Assembly: GCF_026225065.1 (NCBI RefSeq)
Contig: NZ_JAMFSB010000023.1
Location: forward strand, 32,556-96,555
DNA: 64,000 nt
Source: Paraburkholderia sp.
Lineage (GTDB): Bacteria; Pseudomonadota; Gammaproteobacteria; Burkholderiales; Burkholderiaceae
Direction: 5' to 3'
The notes beneath the pieces were generated by a model. That model did no database searches and was not told where the DNA came from. It saw nothing but the letters and a program-made list of their open reading frames with translations. This document shows positions 9,142 to 18,817 of this stretch, in pieces. Numbering within the stretch: the first letter of the stretch is position 1; every line of letters starts with the position of its first letter. The position numbers and the translations under genes are program-made.

Positions 9142-9348
9142 TTGCTCTGCACGTCGAAAGGTTTCTACATGGAAATTTGAATTAATATTAGATTGAACAA
9201 ACTCCGCAATCTATCGGTCGTTTGTGGAGATTTGTGTCGCATTGTCGAGAGCGGCCATCATTCTCGACAAAGGATTGATTCACGCGATGCGGGAAATCGC
9301 GTGATGGCGCTGTCCGCGCCTGTGGGGTTTTCTGATCAGGGATGTGTC

Positions 9349-9375
9349 GACACCAGCGTGTCAGACGCTGGTGTC
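9349..9375. terminator. Hairpin, probable terminator
   Basis: GACACCAGCGT-gtcag-ACGCTGGTGTC forms a perfect 11-bp stem just downstream of ORF 9410-9628. Confidence 0.5.
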
Positions 9376-9409
9376 TTTACCGCGGCGAGAGCTCGGGCGC
9401 TCTGCCTTA

Positions 9410-9628
9410 TCAACGCCGGAGTGCGAGCCGGCGCAACTGCGAGACCACCTCGGCTGCGCTTCCAGTTACAACCTTGTTGCGGAAGGCCCGCGTCACGACG
9501 ATGCTTTCCATCGCGTCGTAATACCAGACGCCGACTTTGCGCCCGCCGAGCTCCACGATACCGCCAACGCTATCCAGCGGCCCTTCCTCTATTGAAACAA
9601 CCAGCCTTACCGATGGCCCCTGGCGCAT
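9410..9628 (-). CDS. small hypothetical protein (72 aa)
   Basis: ATG preceded by GAGGA; follows the LprI-like gene and is followed by a hairpin. Confidence 0.5.
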   Translation of the reverse strand: MRQGPSVRLVVSIEEGPLDSVGGIVELGGRKVGVWYYDAMESIVVTRAFRNKVVTGSAAEVVSQLRRLALRR

Positions 9629-9672
9629 ACGTAGTTATCCTCAATTCGCCTTGCGCCGTGTTCCGAAGAAAC

Positions 9673-10182
9673 TTATTTCGTTGCGGGACTCGCGACCGGG
9701 GCGGCAGCCACGATCGACTCATCCTTCAATTGCCGGACGGCATCCACAGCGGAAGGAGCCAGCTTCTGGTCGACCAGTGCCGCTTCAAAAGCATCGTGCT
9801 GAGCCTGTTTGCCTTGCTCGTAGTCTGCATCCAGTTCGCCGATGCGGCGCTGATACCAGTTCAGCACGCATGCCTGGTCAGTACAGTTGTGCTGGCGCCA
9901 GAGCCATTGCTGGATCCGCGCGGTCTCCACAGAACGCGGATCGGGACTCGCATCGCGCGCGCGTTGATAGCTCACCGCGAGGCGGTCATCGAGGCTGGAT
10001 AGCTGCGGGTCGTTGCAGACAATCTTCTCGGACGCCGAAGACTTGCTGCTACAGTGAAAGCTCGCGGCCGACGCGTTGCCGACCAGCGTCGCGCAGACAG
10101 CCAGCACGCAGAGCGACAATGTCGGCGAGGAATCTGCAAGGAGTCGGGTAACAAATGGAAAAGCAGTTTTCGATGTAGACAT
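9673..10182 (-). CDS. Secreted LprI/DUF1311-like (lysozyme inhibitor family) protein
   Basis: Signal peptide, then ASFHC...EKIVCNDPQLSSLD...QQWLWRQHNC...C...YQRRI. Confidence 0.75.
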   Translation of the reverse strand: MSTSKTAFPFVTRLLADSSPTLSLCVLAVCATLVGNASAASFHCSSKSSASEKIVCNDPQLSSLDDRLAVSYQRARDASPDPRSVETARIQQWLWRQHNCTDQACVLNWYQRRIGELDADYEQGKQAQHDAFEAALVDQKLAPSAVDAVRQLKDESIVAAAPVASPATK

Positions 10183-10426
10183 GACTAACCCTGTACGAGG
10201 AAGGTGTCGGATTGGGGCGCGCGGCATGCGTTCCCTGGCGCAAGCTGGCATACACAGAACGATGCAGGTCGCGTGAAGGCAGAATAGTCGGCTTGGGATC
10301 TATCTAGGCGCGAAGAAAAGGCCGTAGGGCGAGAGTGCTTACGAAAGGTTTCCGCAGGAAATAACCGTTACCAGCCCCCTGCGCGCGGCGGACTGCGGGA
10401 CGGTGCTGCGTGCTGCGTCATAAACG

Positions 10427-10472
10427 AAAACACCCCCGCGCCAATCCCATTGCAAGGGACCGGCGCGGGGGC
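10427..10472 (-). terminator. Intrinsic terminator of the TonB-dependent receptor gene
   Basis: CCCCCGCGCC...GGCGCGGGGG stem followed by TGTTTT on the minus strand, 25 bp past the stop. Confidence 0.75.
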
Positions 10473-10496
10473 TTCAACAACTGTGCTACTCAGGCA

Positions 10497-13118
10497 TCAG
10501 AACTTGTACGTCGCGCCAACCTGGCCGTACAGGCCAACATACGTGTACAGCGACGTGTCATAGTAACCACGGCTCTCGTACTGCCACACCGGGTCATACG
10601 GTGGCTTGTGATTGAAAATGTTGTCGATGCCGGCGTACAGCGTCCAGTGCTTGAAGCCACTATAGCTCGTGTAGAGATTGAACTGGCTATACGATCCGAC
10701 AGCAGGCGACCCGGCAACAATCGTTTGTGCGTACGGACCGGTGAACTGCCAGCTCAGCGTGGTGGTCCACTTGTGGAATGCCCAGCTCAACTGCGTGTTG
10801 CCTCTCCAACGCGGGAACGATGCACCGAACACCGTATCGATTGCGCCGTTGTTACCGGCGTAGTCGTCCGCGACGCCGTCGTTAGGCATGACGAAATGCC
10901 ACACGTACGCCCAGTCGCCGGACAGCGTGAAGGTACCGATACTCGTTGGCAATGCTTGCTTGAACGTGCCTTCGAAGCCATCCGTATGAAGGTAGGCAAG
11001 GTTCTCGAAGCTCACGTTGTAGACCGTAGCGTTCGGGTCCGCGGCAACCAGCGCCGCGATACTCTCCTGACCGATCACATTGGTCACGTCGATCTTGTAC
11101 CAGTCGAAGCCAATGTCGGTATTGCGAGCCGGCGACAACTCGAAGCCGATGTTGTAATTCTTCGTGCGTTCGGGCTGCAGGTTCGGATTGCCAACCGAAT
11201 TTTCGTAGACGTCCTTGCCGTCGACGGTCTGGTAGCCGAGACTCGCCTTTTCCGACGTTTCGACCAGCGTCGGTGCGCGGAAGCCGCGATCGTACGACGT
11301 ATACATCGTCAGAGCGGAAACCGGCTGGTAACGCAGTGCAAAGCGTGGCGAGAAAGCACCACCGAAGTCGTTGTAATGGTCATAACGCCCCGACTGGCTG
11401 AAGGTCAGGCCACGCAGCAGCGGAATGTCGATCTGGTAGTAAGCTGCCGCGACGTTGCGTTCCCCGTCCACCGCCTGCGTCAGCGGGCTCAGGAATTCCG
11501 TGGAACCCGCACCGATATACTCGCTCTGGTGCTGGAACTGCACGCCGAAGCCGACACCCACATCTCCAGCCGGCAGCGAGAACAGGTTCGCAGTGGAGAT
11601 CGTCGCATCGAGCGTATCGAGCTTGGAAATAGCCTGATCGTACGAGGTGCCGAACAGGCCCGGCAACGAATTGAGTGTCGACGAGCTAAACGTGCTTTGC
11701 GTCACGCTGCTGAGATAGCTCGACAACACCGAGGCATTGACCTGATTGCCGTACGCGTTGGAAACTTCGCTTTGCGAGTGTCCATAAGACGTCGTCCAGT
11801 CCCAGTCACCGAACTTATCCGTGCTCAGCGAGCCTTTCAACCCGGTCGAGAGGCGATAGAAGTTGGAGACCGTCGTCACCGATTGCTCGGTCGGGAAGAC
11901 ATAGGTTAACCCCGTTCCGCCCACTGTAGCGGGAAACGGCGAGACAACTCCATTTACCTCATAGAGTGACGTACCCAGGTTATCTCCGTCACTGAATCCG
12001 GCGAGACCCAGATCCGTTTTGGTCGTGTTGTAGCTCTCCCACACGTCGGCATACGCCTGCGTGGTGTCGTTGATCTTGAAGTCGGCATGTACCTTGACAC
12101 TGCTGCGCTGGGTTTCGGGCTCGATGGACTCGGCGCTTGCACCATTGCGCGAACACACCGTGCCGGACCCTTGGGTTGCGAGGTTGTTTGCCGCCGACGT
12201 CACGGTGCCGCCCGATGCCGCGCAATCGCCCAGCGCCTGGGTGCCGGTAGCCGTATTCCAGAAGGAGGCGGGCTGCGAGAAGAAGCCGCCGTTCTTGCTG
12301 GAGTAATCCTGGTCGCTGGTGATGTCCCGCTCAGCCATGGTGATGCCGCTCGAGCGGTAGTAGCTCGCCGCAGCTGTCACGTTGAAACCATCCGAGGTCA
12401 GATTGCCGAAACCGCCGAGCACGCTAAAGTTCGTGGTCCCTGCACCGCCATGCTGCGCGCCGCCAATGCTGCCGTCGAGCTGCAGTCCCTGGAAATCCTT
12501 CTTCGTGATGATGTTGACCACGCCGGCGATTGCGTCCGAGCCGTATTGCGAAACCGCGCCGGTCTTGACGATCTCAATGCGGTCGACCATGTTCGTCGGC
12601 AACGTGTTCAGATCGAAGAAAGTATCGGTGCCGTTCACTGCAAACGCAAAGGGCGCAACCCGTTGACCGTCGACCAGCACCAGCGTGTATTTTTCGCTCA
12701 TGCCGCGCAGCGCGATCCCTGCGCCGCCTGGAGCAAAGCTCGCGGACGTGCCTTCGCTCCAGCTGCTTGCCGAGTTGGCGGTTGTCGTACGCAGGTAGTC
12801 GGCGACCGTCGTGGAACCGCTGTCCTCGATGTCTTTCTGTGAAATCGTCTGGACCTGATTGAAGCCCGTCTTGTCCGAACTGCGGATCAGCGAACCGGTA
12901 ACCTCGAATTTTTGCAGCTGCTTCACAGTGCCGGACGTGGCTGCTGGCGAAGATGCCGAGGTCGCAGTTGCCGGTTTCGCCGCCGTTGCGGATGCCGCAT
13001 CTGCGGTGGCGGCCGTCGGTTGGCTCTGCGCGTATGCCGGTACACCAAATGCAGCTGTTAGCGCCACTTCAGCCCAAACGATTCGTTGGATGGCGAGCGT
13101 CAAACCCCGTAGTTTCAT
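10497..13118 (-). CDS. TonB-dependent outer-membrane receptor
   Basis: Signal peptide; TonB box-like EVTGS; plug motifs (LRGM...LVLVDG, DRIEIVK...YGSDAIAGVVNIITKK); C-terminal YKF. Confidence 0.95.
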   Translation of the reverse strand: MKLRGLTLAIQRIVWAEVALTAAFGVPAYAQSQPTAATADAASATAAKPATATSASSPAATSGTVKQLQKFEVTGSLIRSSDKTGFNQVQTISQKDIEDSGSTTVADYLRTTTANSASSWSEGTSASFAPGGAGIALRGMSEKYTLVLVDGQRVAPFAFAVNGTDTFFDLNTLPTNMVDRIEIVKTGAVSQYGSDAIAGVVNIITKKDFQGLQLDGSIGGAQHGGAGTTNFSVLGGFGNLTSDGFNVTAAASYYRSSGITMAERDITSDQDYSSKNGGFFSQPASFWNTATGTQALGDCAASGGTVTSAANNLATQGSGTVCSRNGASAESIEPETQRSSVKVHADFKINDTTQAYADVWESYNTTKTDLGLAGFSDGDNLGTSLYEVNGVVSPFPATVGGTGLTYVFPTEQSVTTVSNFYRLSTGLKGSLSTDKFGDWDWTTSYGHSQSEVSNAYGNQVNASVLSSYLSSVTQSTFSSSTLNSLPGLFGTSYDQAISKLDTLDATISTANLFSLPAGDVGVGFGVQFQHQSEYIGAGSTEFLSPLTQAVDGERNVAAAYYQIDIPLLRGLTFSQSGRYDHYNDFGGAFSPRFALRYQPVSALTMYTSYDRGFRAPTLVETSEKASLGYQTVDGKDVYENSVGNPNLQPERTKNYNIGFELSPARNTDIGFDWYKIDVTNVIGQESIAALVAADPNATVYNVSFENLAYLHTDGFEGTFKQALPTSIGTFTLSGDWAYVWHFVMPNDGVADDYAGNNGAIDTVFGASFPRWRGNTQLSWAFHKWTTTLSWQFTGPYAQTIVAGSPAVGSYSQFNLYTSYSGFKHWTLYAGIDNIFNHKPPYDPVWQYESRGYYDTSLYTYVGLYGQVGATYKF

Positions 13119-13987
13119 TACCCTTCTCTCTTGTCAGTAGGGACCCAAATTCATAGTGAGAAGTCTTTTGGACCCCTCACCCCGATCTGCAAACACGAAG
13201 GCCTCGTTCGACCTCCGTCCGTTCTGAAGCGAACCCGTCAATTCAAATCCATACGAATCGCAGTACTAATCGTATGAACTTTCAGATCGTCTTACCCTAC
13301 GACCGGCCAGCACGGCCGACGCGTCAAGTGCAACAGACATCGCCAGGCACACGCGTGCAGCGTCCTTCGCCTGACCGAATAGCGAATTACATTGCATTGA
13401 TGAGTGGTATCGGTCCGGATTCCGCCAAAGCGGTCCCAGACCAGCCGAACTCAGGCAAGACGAACGAAGAGCGAGTCATCCAGACCGGTTACAAGCCGCA
13501 ACCAGTCTGTCTTTTGAAAATGATTCGGTATACGAACCAAACTCAATCACGTTCTGTCCAAGCTGGCTTCGTCACGCGGCAGACGAAAGTTAGCAAGACA
13601 TTAACGCTGCATCAAACTTTTTTTGACAAACGTGGCATCTCACGCACAGTATTTTCCTTTCGCCACCTTACTCAGTAAGCCCGGCAACCCGCGCCCCAGG
13701 CGATGAGGCGAACGAACTATCTGCCAACAGGAAAATTCGCTTACCTAACGTTACTTGTCCACACCACCGCATATTCGACAGCATACGATGCGCTCACACT
13801 GCTTCTTACTCGTCGCAGTGGTCGTAAATACCTGTTTAGGTCCGCCTTATTGACCGTGGGGCGGACCCTTTTTCGCTTGGCGCTTTTGCGCTTTTTCTCC
13901 CTGCTCCCTTTCTCGCCCATATCGTCTACGGGTTGGCGCGGGGCCCTCTCCCCTGCGCGAACAATCTCCCGCTCAACGCCTCGGCGC

Positions 13988-14005
13988 GTGTCATGGTGCT
14001 GTCAC
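13988..14005 (+). promoter_or_regulatory. Pho box (PhoB site) upstream of phnM
   Basis: GTGTCAT-GGTG-CTGTCAC: two 7-mers at an 11-bp period matching CTGTCAT-N4-CTGTCAY. Confidence 0.7.
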
Positions 14006-14201
14006 GCACATCGGTTCCAATGAAAGCCTTACCATGCATTTCAGCGCGCGAGCAGCAATGCAGAGTGAAGGCACGCCTTGTCGAGGCGATCGAGCGTCAT
14101 CCAAGACGTCTAGACGATTAGATGTATTTGGACCTCGTCGTTTCCCCGGGCGACCTTGCCCACAGCACGCCATCGCGCGATATCCGGCACCGAAACGGAG
14201 C

Positions 14202-15341
14202 ATGTCCATGCTGATCAGGAACGCTCGTGTCGTCACACGAGACGAAGAATTTCTCGGAACCGTGCACATCGAAGACGGTTTCATCTGCGATGTGGAGCGC
14301 GGTAGCACGTCCGCGCCGAATGCCGAGGACTGGGCCGGCGACTATCTGCTGCCCGGTCTGATCGAACTGCACACCGACAACCTCGAGAAGCATCTCGCGC
14401 CCCGGCCGGGCGTGCGCTGGAATATCGACGCCGCATTCGTGATCCACGATGCCCAGGTGGCCGCAGCCGGTATCACGACGGTTTTCGACTCGCTGAGAAT
14501 CGGAGCGCGTTCGGACGTCGACATGCACAATCGGGATCTGCAGACGCGCTGCACGCAAGCGCTCGCGCGTCTGTCCGATTGCCAGTTGTTGCGTGCCGAC
14601 CATTTCCTTCATCTGCGCTGCGAAATCGCCGCCCCCGATGTCGTAGAGGTGTTCGACTCGCTCTATACCCATCCCCTGCTGCGGCTCGCTTCAGTGATGG
14701 ATCACACCCCCGGCCAGCGGCAATGGCAGGACCGCGACCAGTGGCGTCGCTTTCAGGAGCGCCACGGCAAACTCACCGACGAACGCTTTGCCTCCGTAAT
14801 TGCCGAACTTTCAGAGGGCCAGGAGCGCTACGCAGATCAACACCGCAGCCAGATCGTCGCCCGTTGCACGGCGCTCGGCATACCGGTGGCGAGCCACGAT
14901 GACACGGTGGTCGAGCACGTTCAGCAGGCCGCTGCCGAAGGCATCGTCCTCGCGGAATTTCCCACCACCCACGATGCCGCCCGGGCCGCGCATCAATACG
15001 GTATCTCGACGATCATGGGCGCTCCGAACATCGTGCGCGGCGGTTCGCATTCCGGCAACGTGTCCGCGCTTGAACTCGCGAAATCCGGTCTGCTGGATAT
15101 CCTTTCGTCAGACTACGTGCCTTCGAGCCTGCTGAGCGCGGCGTTCGAACTGGTCGACAAGGCGGGCTGGACGCTGCCGCGCGCCATGCAGACTGTGTCA
15201 AGCGAACCTGCCCGCGTGGTGGGCCTGCACGATCGCGGCTCGATTGCACCAGGCCTGCGCGCGGATTTCGTGCGGGTGCGGATGCACGACCAGCTTCCCA
15301 TCCCCCGTGCCACATGGCGCGCGGGCGAACGGATCGTCTAG
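14202..15341 (+). CDS. phnM: alpha-D-ribose 1-methylphosphonate 5-triphosphate diphosphatase
   Basis: LLPGLIELHTDNLEKHLAPRPG, MDHTPGQRQ, ASHDD, AEFP, MGAPNIVRGGSHSGN and LSSDY motifs. Confidence 0.95.
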   Translation: MSMLIRNARVVTRDEEFLGTVHIEDGFICDVERGSTSAPNAEDWAGDYLLPGLIELHTDNLEKHLAPRPGVRWNIDAAFVIHDAQVAAAGITTVFDSLRIGARSDVDMHNRDLQTRCTQALARLSDCQLLRADHFLHLRCEIAAPDVVEVFDSLYTHPLLRLASVMDHTPGQRQWQDRDQWRRFQERHGKLTDERFASVIAELSEGQERYADQHRSQIVARCTALGIPVASHDDTVVEHVQQAAAEGIVLAEFPTTHDAARAAHQYGISTIMGAPNIVRGGSHSGNVSALELAKSGLLDILSSDYVPSSLLSAAFELVDKAGWTLPRAMQTVSSEPARVVGLHDRGSIAPGLRADFVRVRMHDQLPIPRATWRAGERIV

Positions 15342-15549
15342 GCGCGTAGTCCGCCGCGTGCTGGCGCCGTCAAATTCATCTAGACGTCTCTATCCGTACA
15401 CCGATGTGTCATATGAGATTTCTAGAATGGTCCAGATTGAAATTTTCGGACCGCGTTTGCGGCGCTCCTGCCCCAAAAGGCAGGAGACCGGTGCGGATCC
15501 TGCAGATCGTCGAATGTTCGTTGCGGTTCAAAACTAACTTGAGGAATTT

Positions 15550-16449
15550 ATGAAGTTGTCCAAAGTTTTTGCCGCTTCGGCACTGGCTGTCAGTTTCATT
15601 TCCGGCGCTGCACATGCGGCCGGCGCGTGTCCGAACGACGGCGTGGTCCGGTTCGGCGTCGAACCGTACGAATCGGCGCAGCGCATGCTGCCCGTATATA
15701 ACGACCTCGCGAAGATGATCGGCGACAAGCTCGGCTGCAAAGTTGAGATGTACGTCGCAACCAGCTACAACGCCGAGATCGAGGCAATGCGCAACAACAA
15801 GCTCGAGTTCGGTCAATTCGGCCCGCTTGGCTATGTGCTCGCCCATCAGGTCGCGCACGCTGAAGCGGTCGCGACGTTCGCTGGCGAAGGCGACAAACCG
15901 GCCACCTACTACGCTTCTATCGTCACGTGGCCGGGCTCGGGTGTGAAGACGCTTGCCGATACCAACGGTCATTCGTTTGCTTACGCCGATCCTGCCTCGA
16001 CCTCCGGGCATCTGTTCCCTGCGTATGGTCTCAGCAAAAACGGTGTCGATCCGGACAAGGGCGTCAAGGCCATCTACGCGGGTAGCCACACCGCATCGTT
16101 CGAAGCGCTGCGCAACCACAAGGTGGACGCCGGCGAACTGAACAGCGAAGAGATCGCGAGCGCCAAACTGCATAACGAGTACGATCCCGCTGGCTACGTC
16201 ACGCTCTGGAAATCCGAGCCCATTCCGCTCGATCCTCTGGCAGTGCGTGGCGACCTGCCCGCTGATTTCAAGGCACGTCTGGCAGGCGTGCTGAGTTCGC
16301 TCGATTTCCGCGAGTTGCCGGAAGCGGATCAGAAATTCCTCGCAGCGAACGAGAATGCCCAGTTGAAGACGGTCCCGCAAACGGATGCGGCCTACAACCA
16401 GATTCGCGACCTGGTTTCCACGCTTCATATCGACCTGGCAAAACTGTGA
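15550..16449 (+). CDS. phnD: Phosphonate/phosphite ABC transporter substrate-binding protein
   Basis: Signal peptide; SYNAEIEAM, FGPLGYV, ADPASTSGHLFP and GSH motifs. Confidence 0.9.
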   Translation: MKLSKVFAASALAVSFISGAAHAAGACPNDGVVRFGVEPYESAQRMLPVYNDLAKMIGDKLGCKVEMYVATSYNAEIEAMRNNKLEFGQFGPLGYVLAHQVAHAEAVATFAGEGDKPATYYASIVTWPGSGVKTLADTNGHSFAYADPASTSGHLFPAYGLSKNGVDPDKGVKAIYAGSHTASFEALRNHKVDAGELNSEEIASAKLHNEYDPAGYVTLWKSEPIPLDPLAVRGDLPADFKARLAGVLSSLDFRELPEADQKFLAANENAQLKTVPQTDAAYNQIRDLVSTLHIDLAKL

Positions 16450-17306
16450 ATACCCTCTCCAGCACCTCCGGCGCATTGCCGCTGGACCCGACCGGCGACC
16501 GTGGGGCCGCAGCCTCCAGCGTGCCGGCGATGGCACCGCGCGCCAAGCTCGTTCCCGGCGTGAAGCTCGCGGTGCGCGACCTGTCGATGCGCTATGCAAA
16601 TGGTCACACCGCATTGCGCGATTTCAACCTCGCGGTGAAGGCCGGTGAAATGGTCGTGGTGCTGGGCAGTAACGGCAGCGGCAAATCGACGTTCATGAAG
16701 TGCGTGGTCGGCTTGAACCGGCCGACGGGCGGCGCGGTTGAACTGGCTGGACGCGATCTGGCCACGCTTTCGGGCAAGGCGCTCCGGCAGGCCCGCCTGC
16801 CGCTCGCACTGATCTCGCAGAACGCCAATCTCGTGAAGCGCCGCAGTGTGCTGGCGAATGTCTGCTGCGGCACGCTGGGTCGCCACAAGACGCTCAGCAC
16901 CGCGCTGGGACGCGTGCCACGCGAGGAAATCGAACCGGCCCGCGCGTATCTCGACGAAGTCGGCCTGCTGCATCTGGCTGGGCAACGCGCCGGTACGCTT
17001 TCCGGTGGACAGGCGCAGCGTGTGGCTGTGGCCCGTGCGCTGGCGCAACGCCCGCATGTCCTGCTCGCCGACGAACCTGTCGCCAGCCTCGACCCCGAAG
17101 CCGCAGACGAAGTCATGCGCCTGCTGCGCCGCCTCGCTACGGAAGACGGTCTCGCGGTAGTCTGCGTACTCCATCAGCCCGAACTGGCCACCCGCTATGC
17201 CGACCGGCTGGTCGGTTTGCGCAGCGGGCAACTCGAGTTCGACCGCCCCGCTTCGGCAGTTTCCAGCCAGCAGATTGCAAGTCTCTATCTGGCCGAGGCG
17301 GCATGA
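16446..17306 (+). CDS. phnC: Phosphonate ABC transporter ATP-binding protein
   Basis: GSNGSGKST, LSGGQAQRVAVARALAQ, LADEPVASLDP and LHQ motifs. Confidence 0.93.
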   Translation: MNTLSSTSGALPLDPTGDRGAAASSVPAMAPRAKLVPGVKLAVRDLSMRYANGHTALRDFNLAVKAGEMVVVLGSNGSGKSTFMKCVVGLNRPTGGAVELAGRDLATLSGKALRQARLPLALISQNANLVKRRSVLANVCCGTLGRHKTLSTALGRVPREEIEPARAYLDEVGLLHLAGQRAGTLSGGQAQRVAVARALAQRPHVLLADEPVASLDPEAADEVMRLLRRLATEDGLAVVCVLHQPELATRYADRLVGLRSGQLEFDRPASAVSSQQIASLYLAEAA

Positions 17307-18103
17307 ACAAGGTGCTCGACATGCGCACGCCGGTTGCGTCATCCGGAGTGCGAACTTTCTGGTCGGTTGCTGCCATCGTCGTCATTCTCGCGCTGTTCGT
17401 CCAGGCGTGGATCGTCGTGCAGGCCCGTCCGCAGGATCTGGTGACCGGCGCTCACGGCATGGCCGATATCATTTCGCGCGCCATGCCGCCGGCCTTCGAC
17501 CAGTTCGTGCCGAATCTGTGGCCAGTGCTCGAAACGATTGACCTCGCTATTTTCGGCACCGTATTCGGCGTGCTGCTCGCGTTCCCGCTGGCAATCCTCG
17601 CCGCCGCCAATGTCACGCCGGCGAAGCCGCTGTACTACGCTGCGCGTGCGGTGATTGCCGTGACGCGGGCCGTGCCGGATCTGGTGTGGGCGCTGCTGTT
17701 CGTGACCGCAGTCGGATTAGGGCCGTTTCCGGGCGCCCTGGCGCTCGCGGTGCATTCGATCGGCATGCTGGGGCGGCTCTTTGCCGAGGTGATCGAAGAC
17801 ATGGACATGGGCCCGGTCGAAGCGCTCACCCTGACCGGCGCCGGCCGCCTGCAGATCCTGAGCCATGCTGTGGTGCCGGGCGTATTGCCGTCGCTACTCG
17901 GCATCGGCCTGTTCCGCTTCGACGAAAACCTGCGCTCGTCGCTTGTGCTCGGCTTCGTCGGCGCAGGTGGCATCGGCTTCCAGCTGTTGACCGCCATGAA
18001 CCTGTTCCAGTACCAGACGGTGTCGTTCCTGTTGATCGCTACGTTTGTGCTGGTAGCGTGCGCTGAACGAGCATCAGCTTATGTTCGCGGTCTGGTCGCC
18101 TAG
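17303..18103 (+). CDS. phnE: Phosphonate ABC transporter permease
   Basis: RAVPDLVWALLF...GLGPFPG...GMLGRLFAE...FDENLRSSLVLGFVGAGGIG. Confidence 0.93.
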   Translation: MNKVLDMRTPVASSGVRTFWSVAAIVVILALFVQAWIVVQARPQDLVTGAHGMADIISRAMPPAFDQFVPNLWPVLETIDLAIFGTVFGVLLAFPLAILAAANVTPAKPLYYAARAVIAVTRAVPDLVWALLFVTAVGLGPFPGALALAVHSIGMLGRLFAEVIEDMDMGPVEALTLTGAGRLQILSHAVVPGVLPSLLGIGLFRFDENLRSSLVLGFVGAGGIGFQLLTAMNLFQYQTVSFLLIATFVLVACAERASAYVRGLVA

Positions 18104-18142
18104 CCTGCGACAGCTCCCCCTTATCGAATCACGAGAACTCGC

Positions 18143-18799
18143 ATGCTGATCAATCATGGCGTCGGAACCGACCCGTGGACGCTCGGCCGTCCCTTGACGG
18201 AAGAGCCGGACATTCACCCTACGGCGCTGGTGCGCGCCAGCGACTTCGGCCGCTATACCTATCTCGGACCGCGCAGCCAGGTGGCGCAATCGGTGCTGGG
18301 TGACTACGGTTATGCAATGGGCGACAACCAGATCGCCCATGCCCATATCGGCAAGTTCGCGAATATCGCTACAGGCGTGCGCATCAATCCGCCGAACCAT
18401 CCGGCCTGGCGCGCGACGCTCCATCACTTTACGTACCGCTCACGCTCCTACGGTTTGTCGCTTGACGACGACGCCAGCATTTTTGAATGGCGCGCACAGG
18501 ACCGCGTGGAAATCGGTCATGACGTGTGGATCGGCCACGATGCCATCGTCATGCCGGGTGTGAAAATCGGCACCGGTGCGGCGATTGGCTCGGGCGCCGT
18601 CGTCACCAAAGACGTGCCGCCGTTCGCGATCGTCGTGGGCGTGCCAGCGCGCGTACTGCGCTTGCGCGTGGACGAGCAGACCGCGGAGCGCTTGCAGCAG
18701 ATCGCCTGGTGGAATTGGAGCGCGGCGCAGATCGACGGTGCGTTGGCCGATTTCCGTGAACTAAGCGCGGTTGAGTTCGCGGAAAAATACTATAAGTGA
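18143..18799 (+). CDS. Phosphonate-metabolism-associated hexapeptide-repeat acetyltransferase (DapH/DapD/GlmU-related)
   Basis: [35 protein letters not shown] and [18 protein letters not shown] motifs, typical of the family found in phn clusters. Confidence 0.88.
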   Translation: MLINHGVGTDPWTLGRPLTEEPDIHPTALVRASDFGRYTYLGPRSQVAQSVLGDYGYAMGDNQIAHAHIGKFANIATGVRINPPNHPAWRATLHHFTYRSRSYGLSLDDDASIFEWRAQDRVEIGHDVWIGHDAIVMPGVKIGTGAAIGSGAVVTKDVPPFAIVVGVPARVLRLRVDEQTAERLQQIAWWNWSAAQIDGALADFRELSAVEFAEKYYK

Positions 18800-18817
18800 G
18801 GGATGTCGGGTACGGTG

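Noticed and set aside
13274-14023. ORFs of 134 and 106 aa in the receptor-phnM spacer; possible cobalamin riboswitch
   Set aside because: Atypical composition, no clear RBS or motifs, and no B12-box elements seen by eye.
15406-15423. Second Pho box before phnD (GTGTCAT-ATGA-GATTTCT)
   Set aside because: Only one good half-site, which is not enough to call.
18143-18799. Chloramphenicol/streptogramin acetyltransferase (CatB/Vat) resistance gene
   Set aside because: Same fold, but the NHPxWRAxxHHFTYR motif and the phn context fit the phosphonate-associated family.
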